This document shows positions 28,167-37,000 of a stretch of DNA of 64,000 bases, piece by piece; the first letter of the stretch is position 1; every line of letters begins with the position of its first letter. The notes below the pieces were generated by a model. That model saw only the letters and a list, made by a program, of their open reading frames with translations. It ran no database searches and had not been told where the DNA came from. A program made the position numbers and the translations under genes. The stretch spans positions 175,948-239,947 of the forward strand of contig JAKIWI010000003.1 of assembly GCA_022750115.1 (NCBI GenBank), read 5' to 3'. The stretch is from Thermoplasmata archaeon. GTDB lineage: Archaea > Thermoplasmatota > Thermoplasmata > Lutacidiplasmatales > UBA184.

Positions 28167-29697
28167 CCGCGTCCTCTTCCGAGCAGGTGAACAAGGAGTA
28201 CCGCTCGAGAAGCTCGAAGGTCCGGAGGGCGGCGTCGACCGGCCGCAGCCCGGGCGGACGACGGCCCCGCTCGCCGACGTAGGAGGTGAACGCCCGGAAC
28301 TTCGGGAACTCGTTCCCCGGCACGGCGACGGTGTCGACCAGGGCCGGGTCGTTCTTCAGTCGCCGACCCTCGGAGACGACGGCCTCGCCGTCGGACTTGT
28401 TCTGCTTCAGGACGTTGCCGTAGAACCGGCACCAGTAGACGCCGCTCGAGCGCTTCAGCGCCGGCTCCAGATGCTGCTCGACGAACTCGCGCACGCGCCG
28501 CTCGTTCTGGTCGAACGAGTCGCCGCTGCGGGCGCGGATGCGGCCCCGCATGGCGTGGAGAAGTCCCGCCTGGACGTCCTCGACGCCCGCGACCGGGTGG
28601 TCGTGGAGGCTCGCGATGGCGGCGGTACGCGCCGCAATGTCGATGAGCGTCCGGTTCGACCCGACCTCCCCGATGTCGGGGTTGTCGTCGGACGCCTTCT
28701 GGCGCCACGTCTCGATGACGCGCACACCGGCGTCGACGAGGATCTCGGGGACGAAGCTCGTCCCGTCGATCGCGGCGGCCAGCTGCACGATGCGGCGGTT
28801 GGCGGCGTGCGAGGCGTTGTAGGTGACGTGGAGGCTCGTCAGGCGGTCGGAGAGCGGGTCGTTGATGTTGTCGAGGTCCGAGAGGTTCGATGTACCGACG
28901 GCGACGAACATCCCGGGGAAGCTCTCCCGGGACTTGGACGGGGTGACCGTCCCCTCCTGCAGCGCCTGGAGGAGCACGTTCTGCGTTCCGAGCGGGAGCT
29001 TGCCGATCTCGTCGACGAGGAGGAGGCCGCGGTTCGCCTGCAGGAGCTTCCCCGGCTCGAGCACGAGCGGGCTCATCGGGTCGCCGATCTCCTCGAGCCG
29101 TCGGAGGTTGATGTTGCCCGTCAGGTGGTCCGGGAACACTTCGCTGCTCCCCTGCAATCGGGCGAAGCCGTAGCCCTCGCGGAGGCGGACCTGCTCCGCG
29201 GGCACCTTCGTCGGGTCGATGGAGGCCGGGTCGAACGCCGAGACGTCGTTGCCCGGCGCGAACCGGCGGCGGCAGATCGGGCACGGGGGGAACCGCTCCG
29301 CCGCCTTCGGGTCGACGATCGAGAGGGGATGGTCGAGGACGGGGCAGTTCGGGACGACCCAGGCGTCCTTCGGGAACAGTTCCCAGACCTCCTTCGCGAG
29401 GTTCGTCTTGCCGGCGCCGGACGGGCCGAAGAAGAGGACGTGGGACCCAGCGACCAGCGCGGTCGTCAGGTCTTCGTAGGTGTTGGACGGGAGGACCGTC
29501 CGCGGGAACAGCGCCGCGGTCGCTTCCTCGCGGCTCATGCCGCCGCGCCGGCCGGCGTCGAGGCGCCGGAAGATCTCGGTGCGCAGGCGCTCGTTCGGGG
29601 TCTCGACCGCGACGCCCCGCTCCTTCAGCTGCTGGGCCGTCGCCTTCGTCCCGGCCGGGACGGACGACCTCGGGGCGGCACCGCTCGCCGTCGACAC
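28147..29697 (-). CDS. AAA+ ATPase, Mg-chelatase ChlI/MoxR-like
   Basis: Walker A GPSGAGKT, PGKLLQANRGLLLVDEI, Q..LLQALQEG, CP..DHP/CPIC insert; start GTG 29697 or ATG 29721. Confidence 0.9.
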   Translation of the reverse strand: MSTASGAAPRSSVPAGTKATAQQLKERGVAVETPNERLRTEIFRRLDAGRRGGMSREEATAALFPRTVLPSNTYEDLTTALVAGSHVLFFGPSGAGKTNLAKEVWELFPKDAWVVPNCPVLDHPLSIVDPKAAERFPPCPICRRRFAPGNDVSAFDPASIDPTKVPAEQVRLREGYGFARLQGSSEVFPDHLTGNINLRRLEEIGDPMSPLVLEPGKLLQANRGLLLVDEIGKLPLGTQNVLLQALQEGTVTPSKSRESFPGMFVAVGTSNLSDLDNINDPLSDRLTSLHVTYNASHAANRRIVQLAAAIDGTSFVPEILVDAGVRVIETWRQKASDDNPDIGEVGSNRTLIDIAARTAAIASLHDHPVAGVEDVQAGLLHAMRGRIRARSGDSFDQNERRVREFVEQHLEPALKRSSGVYWCRFYGNVLKQNKSDGEAVVSEGRRLKNDPALVDTVAVPGNEFPKFRAFTSYVGERGRRPPGLRPVDAALRTFELLERYSLFTCSEEDADDDARL

Positions 29698-29793
29698 GCG
29701 CGGCCGAGCGAGGCACGCCATATGTAATTTGGGGACGCCACCGACGGTGGCGAACCGGTTTTCTCTCGGCGGCGGATCGTCCGCGCCGCCAGC

Positions 29794-29801
29794 ATTAAGT
29801 A
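29794..29801 (+). promoter_or_regulatory. Putative TATA box of rps3ae
   Basis: ATTAAGTA about 30 nt upstream of ATG 29832. Confidence 0.55.
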
Positions 29802-29831
29802 GGGAACGCGGGTCGGCGGCCCGCGCGACCG

Positions 29832-30551
29832 ATGGCCGAGAAGGAGGCCCAGCCGAAGAAGACGACGCTCGCCCGGACCGTCAAGGACAAGTGGCGGTCC
29901 AAGCACTGGTTCGTCGTCCGGGCGCCGTCGCTGTTCAACCACGCCGAGATCGGCGAGACGATGGCGAGCGAGCCCGAGCAGATCATCGGCCGGACGCTCG
30001 AGACCACCCTCCAAGAGATCACCGGCGGCGCCGACGTTGGCAAGGCGCACATCAAGCTCAAGTTCCAGATCGAGCGGGTCTCCGGGGAGAAGACCGCCGA
30101 GAGCCGATTCATCGGCCACGAACTCACGACCGATTACGTGCGGCGGCTCGCACGGAGGAAACGGTCCAAGATCGACACCTCGCTGATGGTGACGACGAAG
30201 GACGGGGTCCAGATCATCGTCAAGCCCGTCGCGGTCGGCGAGCAGCGCCTGCAGACACGCCTCCAGGCGGAGCTCCGCCTGCGCCTCCGCTCCCTCCTCA
30301 CCGAGGAGGCCGCGAAGAAGACCGGCGCCGAATTCGTGCGGGAGATGCTGGGCGGCGAGCTGGGCAAGATCCTCGCCCACGGCCTCAAGTCGCTCTATCC
30401 GCTCAAGAAGATCGAGATTCGTCGCTCCGTCGTGCTGGGGACCATCGAGGTCACCGCGCCCGGCGAGCTCGCTTCCGAGGCGGTCGGTGGCCCCACCCCC
30501 GAAGTCCCGATGGCGGTCGAGACGGCCCCGAGCACGCCCGCGGACGCTTGA
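29832..30551 (+). CDS. rps3ae: 30S ribosomal protein S3Ae (eS1)
   Basis: KDKWRSKHWF.VRAP..F, GRTLE, DYVRRLARR..SKID, YPL..IEIRRS. Confidence 0.96.
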   Translation: MAEKEAQPKKTTLARTVKDKWRSKHWFVVRAPSLFNHAEIGETMASEPEQIIGRTLETTLQEITGGADVGKAHIKLKFQIERVSGEKTAESRFIGHELTTDYVRRLARRKRSKIDTSLMVTTKDGVQIIVKPVAVGEQRLQTRLQAELRLRLRSLLTEEAAKKTGAEFVREMLGGELGKILAHGLKSLYPLKKIEIRRSVVLGTIEVTAPGELASEAVGGPTPEVPMAVETAPSTPADA

Positions 30552-30597
30552 ATCGGAGTCCGGGATGGTCCCCAGGGCCCCCGCCGTTCTCCCCCGT

Positions 30598-30699
30598 GTC
30601 GGGGTGGCTCAGCCTGGTAGAGCACGGGACTCATAGCGGGACGGCCACGCCGTTCCGGGAGAGATCCTGGGGCCGGGGGTTCAAATCCCCCCCCCGACA
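30598..30699 (+). tRNA. tRNA-Met(CAT), probably elongator, with 28-nt intron (30636-30663)
   Basis: Acceptor GTCGGGG/CCCCGAC+A, anticodon CAT 30632-30634, T-loop TTCAAAT, relaxed BHB at 37/38. Confidence 0.92.
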
Positions 30700-30894
30700 C
30701 CCACGGCGGTTTCTTCGTCGAGAGACCGGGCCCGGACGATCGGGAATCCGTCGGGGGAGGAACCAACCGGACGGGCTCCCGGGCCGGGACCTCTCCCGGC
30801 GCCGATACCGACCGCGACCGAGAAACCCTGGGGCGGGCCGGGACACCGATTCTAATAGTTTCCGACTCCATTCTATCCTTGTCCGGCCCGAAAC

Positions 30895-31947
30895 ATGTTC
30901 GCCCATGGCGCCCTCCATTCGGAATCCCGCCTCTGGAACCAGGGAGCCTCCGAGGTTCGCGTCAGTTCGGAGCTCCACTACGGGCGCCCGATCCCTTCGG
31001 TTTGGCGGGACCGGGGCGACCAGCAAAAGACTCGGCAGAACGGGCCGAGAACTTCCGGGGAAGAAAGCAGCGGGCTGGCCGCGAGTTTTCCCCTAATCTT
31101 CTTCGGTGCCGGACTGACGTTCGTGGGTTTCTACCTCCGGTCCGAGGACCCCGGTGCCTACCTCGCGCGGCTCCCGGTATGGGTCCCCTTCCTGCTTCTC
31201 GGGCTCATCGCCCTGGGTGGCGGAATTCTCTCCGTCTTCGCGAGGCCGAGCGACATTCCGGGCACCGTTCGCGACGACGGGCCAGTACGGGACCGCGGTC
31301 CGAGCCGGGACCGCGACCCTCCTGCCATTCCGGCACGACGGTCAACACGGCCAGGGTGGCGATTCGAGAATCCCCCGACACGGTCTCGCTCGCCGGTGAG
31401 CGCCGCACCGGTGGACCGACCCAGCCGACGAGCGTTCGCTCCGGCCGATGGTGCCGGCGGACCAGAATCCCGGCGCGCCGCAAGGCCCGAGGACAACTCC
31501 GGGCCCCAGTTCGATTTCTCGTCCCTGCTCCAGGAGCTCGAATCCATCGATGCCGAACTGCGCGGTGCTCCAGCTGGGCGGCCGCCTTCGCCGCGGAGAC
31601 CTGCCGTCGAATCTCCGGACGATTCCGACGGCGGGCCAGCGGAATCCCTTCCGGAGGGGGCAATCAGCCAGACCAACGAAGCCCCCAGCGTTCCCCGGAT
31701 GGCCCCCAACCGACCCGCGAGGGTGCCCCCACCCCTCCCGAACCTCAACTGCGTCGGGTGTGGTTCGGCAATCACCGAGGTTTCGCCGGGCGCCGTCTGT
31801 GGGGGGTGCGACCAGCCCCTCTGCTCGGAGTGCCGAGGTCGGGCGGAGGCGGAGGGCATGCCAGTTCGGTGTCCGTTCTGTTCCGCACTCGATACCCTCG
31901 ACGCCCCGGCACTGAAGGCCGTGGTCCCCGCGCGCGATCGCCTGTGA
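30895..31947 (+). CDS. Hypothetical 2-TM protein with disordered linker and C-terminal 8-Cys zinc finger
   Basis: Two hydrophobic helices; CVGC-x12-CGGC-x4-CSEC-x12-CPFC; start uncertain. Confidence 0.75.
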   Translation: MFAHGALHSESRLWNQGASEVRVSSELHYGRPIPSVWRDRGDQQKTRQNGPRTSGEESSGLAASFPLIFFGAGLTFVGFYLRSEDPGAYLARLPVWVPFLLLGLIALGGGILSVFARPSDIPGTVRDDGPVRDRGPSRDRDPPAIPARRSTRPGWRFENPPTRSRSPVSAAPVDRPSRRAFAPADGAGGPESRRAARPEDNSGPQFDFSSLLQELESIDAELRGAPAGRPPSPRRPAVESPDDSDGGPAESLPEGAISQTNEAPSVPRMAPNRPARVPPPLPNLNCVGCGSAITEVSPGAVCGGCDQPLCSECRGRAEAEGMPVRCPFCSALDTLDAPALKAVVPARDRL

Positions 31948-32118
31948 CCGGGTGCGGATTCTGTACCGGTTCGACCCTACCCTAGCGTTTTCGTCCCCGC
32001 AGCTCCGACCCGAGCGAGCGCGTGGCCCCGCCGTGGAAGAGCGGCGCGCGACACGGCGCGCGCTGGGTGGAAGAAGGGGTTGGCTGCGGCGGCTAGTTCC
32101 CCCGGGGCTCGTGCGGCC

Positions 32119-32619
32119 CTAGTCCCCCGTAATCCCTACGTTGGAGGTGGTCGAACTCGCGGACGTCCCGACTTCGTAGAACACGTTGGTCGTGATCGCG
32201 TGGGTTACCGTCGTCGTCAGGGAAACGGTGAACAGAACCGGGGCGTTGGTGCCGACCGTCACGGCGAAGTTGTCGATGGGGTTGGCGAAGAGGGCGGTTC
32301 CGGGGAACGTGAGTTCCTCGAACCAGTCCGGAGTGGCAGTCTGGCAAGCCACGGGGCCCGCGACGAACGCGTTGGCCGTCGGGCCGACGGAGGTGACGCT
32401 TCCGCTCGCGGTGCAGGTCGTCGCCGTTGTCCACACCAGATTCACGGTGGGCGTGCCGGTGGCGTACGACGTGCCGGTCGCCGAGGTGACGCTGTAACCG
32501 TTCTGTCCCCCGGTGGTGATGGTGGAAACGAACGACGCCAACGCCAGGCCGCCGACCATGGCGAGCATGACGGCGATCGTCCCGGTGTAGACCGTTCTCC
32601 GGCGCAGTTTCAGTCCCAT
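32119..32619 (-). CDS. Hypothetical secreted Thr-rich beta protein (possible filament subunit)
   Basis: Basic n-region, h-region ending GGLALA|SF, one Cys pair; AAGGAAG RBS; CTTATA at 32676-32681. Confidence 0.8.
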   Translation of the reverse strand: MGLKLRRRTVYTGTIAVMLAMVGGLALASFVSTITTGGQNGYSVTSATGTSYATGTPTVNLVWTTATTCTASGSVTSVGPTANAFVAGPVACQTATPDWFEELTFPGTALFANPIDNFAVTVGTNAPVLFTVSLTTTVTHAITTNVFYEVGTSASSTTSNVGITGD

Positions 32620-33034
32620 TGTTCTTCCTTAGCACCAGACAGGGGTCCGTGCGAAATAATACTCGATTCGAGTGGTATAAGAATCCCCTAGGCGGAGACG
32701 CACCGTCCCCGAATATCCCCCGACATGGGCGGGCGGCTCCCAGCGCCGTGGACCACCGACGGCGCCCTGGAGCCGGAGAGGTGTCCGGCCCACCTGGAGC
32801 GGACACGATCCGATGGATGGACCTGATCGCACCGGCGATCGTGAGTCGGGCCAAGGAGAGACGTCAGACGACCGTCTCACCCTGTGAGGGAGGCGTCGCC
32901 ACGGAACCACGAATGGCTGCTTTCCGCCGAATCGGTGGAGCGGGATGGCCCCGATCGGCCCGCCGGAGCCGGCCGCAGCACCGACCGGCCTCGAACGCTG
33001 GGTTGCTAGGTGCTTCGACAGCCTAATTAGATTA

Positions 33035-33062
33035 CTAAATGTGTAATGTTTGCACTATTTAG
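33035..33062. promoter_or_regulatory. AT-rich imperfect inverted repeat (operator candidate) upstream of the SDR gene
   Basis: CTAAAT-GTGTAA-TGT-TTGCAC-T-ATTTAG in one of the most AT-rich stretches of the window. Confidence 0.5.
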
Positions 33063-33123
33063 AATACTAAAAAGACGACCGCTTATGTAGGGTCCGCCCC
33101 TGGTGGGCCTTGAGTGAGGCCCC

Positions 33124-33837
33124 ATGTTGCTCAACGGAAAGACGGCAGTGATCTACGGCGCCAACAACCCGACCGGAGCATCGGTCGCACGCGCGTTCGC
33201 GAGGGAGGGGGCGACGGTGTACTTGGCCGGTCGCTCGAGGGAGCGGCTGGAGCCGGTGGCCCGCGAGATCGTGGCGGCCGGCGGGGCGGCGGAGTTCGCC
33301 GAAGTCGACCCGCTCGACCTGAAGTCGGTCTCCGACCACCTCCACCAGGTCGCCGTCGATCACGGGACGGTCGACATCAGCCTCAACTTGGCGTTCGTCG
33401 GGATGGAGGGCGCCGCTCGCCTCTGCAACCTCACCCACGAGCAGTTCGACGCCGCGACGTTCACCCGGATTCGCTCGAATTTCGTGACCTCCGCCGCCGC
33501 GGTGAAGGTGATGGCCTACCAGGGCGGGGGAACGATCCTCGCGACCGCCGTGCCCGAGAAGCCCTCCCCCTTCGGCACGTCCGCGGGCCAGGCGATCGGC
33601 AGCGCCGCCATCGGGGCGCTCTGCGAACAGTTGCGCCTCGACGTCGGGTCCTTCGGGGTCCAGATCGTCTACGTACCCGATGTCGCGGCCTCCGAGGAGG
33701 AGCTGATCGAGAAGCTCTTCGTGGTCCTCGCGGGGCGGCCGACCACCTCCCCGTCCCCCAGTGGGATGCTGATGGGGCCCGCTGCCTCGACCGATTCCCC
33801 GCAAACGGAAGCGCCCGCCGGCGCGGCGACCGGCTAG
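33124..33837 (+). CDS. SDR-fold protein with degenerate motifs
   Basis: LNGKTAVIYGA...G..VARAFAREGATV.LAGR, GTVD; lacks YxxxK and the normal SDR C-terminus. Confidence 0.75.
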   Translation: MLLNGKTAVIYGANNPTGASVARAFAREGATVYLAGRSRERLEPVAREIVAAGGAAEFAEVDPLDLKSVSDHLHQVAVDHGTVDISLNLAFVGMEGAARLCNLTHEQFDAATFTRIRSNFVTSAAAVKVMAYQGGGTILATAVPEKPSPFGTSAGQAIGSAAIGALCEQLRLDVGSFGVQIVYVPDVAASEEELIEKLFVVLAGRPTTSPSPSGMLMGPAASTDSPQTEAPAGAATG

Positions 33838-34071
33838 GCGGGCTGGCACAACGATCGACCCGCGACCGATAGACGGCCCCGCATCCCGAACACGGTCTCT
33901 CGACTCCCTTCCGGGTCGTGGGGCAACCTCTTCCGACCAAGTTCGACCCACCGCTCCGGATCCGAATTTTTCGTCCGAGCAACCCCCGACACGCCAGGTC
34001 GGTTCACCCCCCACGCGCCCCGTAGGTGAGCGTGGGACCACGCGTCCGAGTGCCGTCCGCGTCGCAACGCT

Positions 34072-37000
34072 GTGACCCCGTCGCTCCGGGCACGACCGGG
34101 TTGGCGGCCGATGCACTCTTTGCTACGGGCCCCTGGCTTCCCCAACGCGATGGGAGCGGCCGGGGCCCGAAGCGATGCCCCGACCTCGGACCTCGCGCGC
34201 TTCCGGCATCGCGGCGTGCTCTGGGCCGTCTTGTTCGTAGCCGCCGCCGGAACGATGGGCCTCCCGGCGGGATTGTCGGGGATCGTGGACGCAACGGCGT
34301 CCGCGAATTCCCTCGCGGGCGTTCCCGTCCCTCCACCCGGCCGCGCTCTCGGCGCACCCCCGTCGGCCATCACCCCCACGCTCCCTTCGGGCGCCGCAGG
34401 TCACGCGGTCGAGTCGATGGCCGCTGCGAGCGCGAACGCCAGCGCGTGGTGGCCGTGTCGGTTGTGCGGGCCTCCCGCGCGAGCCAACTTCACGCTCGTC
34501 TCCGACCCGCGGAACGGGGAGCTCGTCCTCCAGGGCGGGTACGCTAGGGCGACCGGCTACTCGCCAGATGTCTGGACGTCCCGCAACGGCCACTGGACCG
34601 AGTCGTTCGCCTACCCGAACATCGGTCGTCGGCAAGGCGCGGCGGCGGCCTACGATCCCGCCATCGGTGAGACGGTCCTCTTTGGTGGGCTCTACGGATG
34701 GGACTACAGCGACACTTGGCTGTTCGACGGCACCAACTGGACCCAGCCGGCGTGCTCCTCGACCTGCCCGCCCCCCGCGCGGTTCGGGGCGAGCATGGCG
34801 TACGACGCTCAGGACCAGTACCTGCTGATGTTCGGTGGTCGCGCCTGCGTCGATTTCTCGTGTCCCCTCAACTCGAGCTTGTCCAACGACTCGTGGATGT
34901 ACCGCGCCGGCGCCTGGACGCAGCTCGCGCCGCCCGTCTCCCCCTCGCCCCGGGCGTGGGCGTCCATGGTCTACGATGCCCGCGACGGCTACGTGGTCCT
35001 GTTCGGCGGAGAGAACGGCGGCCTCCTTTCCGATACGTGGACCTTCCGATCCGGAATCTGGACCAATGTCACCTCACTCGCCGGAGGGGCACCCGCCGCT
35101 CGGGCGTACGCCAGCGCCACCTACGACCCGATCGGGGGGCGGGTCGTCCTCTTCGGCGGCCGGACCGCCATCGGCCCCACCAATGACCTCTGGCAGTTTG
35201 CCGGGGCCGCATGGAATCCTCTACCGGTCCTGCCCGGTCCGATTCCGGCACCTCGAACCGGTGCGGGACTGGCGTACGACCCTACCGCCGGGGACCTGGT
35301 TCTGGTGGGCGGCGCCGCCGGAGGGGGCGCCAAGGATCTCGGAGACTTCTGGGAGCTTCGGGGGGATCGATGGACCGTGTCCCCGGTCCACCAGTCGGCC
35401 TCCAGCGGCCAGGTGATCGCCTACGACGCCAAGGACCACGAGCAGGTCCTCTTCGGGGGTGGCACGATCGGCCTGCTCGGGGACGCGACTTGGAGGTTCC
35501 AAAACGGGGCCTGGAAGGACATCTCGAACCTGAGCCCCACACTCCCGAACCCTCGATTCTCCACCCAAATGACCTACGACGCCCGGGACGGCTACGTGCT
35601 CCTGTTCGGGGGGTACGGCTGCTTTTCTCCGGGCTGCACCGGCGGCATCTTTGGGCAGGGCCCGCTCAACGACACCTGGTCGTTCTCGGGGGGAAACTGG
35701 TCCCCGATCACGACTCCCGTCGCTCCCCCGACGACCGAAAACGGCGGGTTGACCTACGACTCGACGGACCAGGAGGTGGTTCTCCTGACCGAGTGCTCGT
35801 GCAGCGTTTCCTCACCGGTCACGGAGACCTGGACGTACGCGGCCGGGGTCTGGACGAACGTGACCGCCAACCAATCCGTCCAACCCTCGTTCGGCAGCGG
35901 GGGTGTTTCCATCGCGGACTCCCCGTGGGACAAGGGTGTCATCCTGTTCGGCGGTCAAGGGTTCAACTCGACCTGGCTGTTCTCCAACGGAAGTTGGAGC
36001 AATATCACGGGTACCGTCGGTCCGGGTCCGGCCTCCCGGTACGACGCGGGCTTCGCGTTGGATTCGACGGAGGGCTCCCCGGTGCTCTTCGGCGGGTTCC
36101 TTCAACCCGTGTGCTCGACCTGCTTGCCGACCGTGAACGACACGTGGGTGTTCCATCACGGCAGGTGGGTCAACGCGTCGGGCGGTTGGGCTCCCACTCC
36201 GCGCGGCACCGGTCAGGTGGCGGACGACCCGGCCGACCGCGGCGCCCTGCTATGGGGCGAATCCGGGGGACTGAACGCCGCCGACACTTGGTGGTACGGC
36301 CCCCCGCCGAACCTGACGGTCGACCCCCGGGCTTCGCCCCCGGTGGTCGATGCCTCGCTGCCGGTCCAGCTCTTCGCGGGGGAGTCGGGGGGAGTTCCGC
36401 CCTACCTGCTCAATTGGACCCAAGGAAACCGAACCTTGGGCTCGACACCCACGCTGACGGAGCAGTTCGGAGCCCCCGGGCACTACGTCGTCGGGATCAA
36501 CGCCTCCGACCGCAACAACCACTCGGCGAACGCAACGACCTCCGTCGACCTCGTCGCCAACCTGACCGAGACCGCCAACGCCTCGTCGACTCAAGACGCG
36601 GCGGGCGTCGCGATCCAGTTCGCGGGGTCCCACAACGGCGGCGTGGCGCCGTTCCTGACGATCTGGCGCTTCGGGGACGGTGCCTGGAGCAACCGCTCGA
36701 ATTGCTCGCACGTTTTCCAAACGTCCGGCTCGTACACCGTCTGGTTCTGGACGAACGACAGCGCCGGCGCCTCCGTCGGCACGCCCATCGCGCTGACCGT
36801 GACTGCGGCCATCTCCACCGCCGTCACGGAGTCGGCGAACGTCACGGATGTCGGAGTGGCGGTCGTCTTCAACGCGACCGCGATGGGCGGCGTGCCCCCG
36901 ATCCAGTCCTCGTGGAATTTCGGAGACGGCGCGACCGCGATCGGTCCATCGGCATCGCACATCTTTCTCGCCCCCGGACACTACGTCGTGCAGTCCTGGG

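Noticed and set aside
28147-29721. True magnesium or cobalt chelatase
   Set aside because: No large chelatase subunit or tetrapyrrole genes nearby; the architecture fits chelatase-like AAA+/VWA chaperone pairs.
30687-30695. Nine-C homopolymer as a phase-variation tract or assembly error
   Set aside because: It is exactly the T-stem 3' strand plus the acceptor stem of tRNA-Met and pairs fully.
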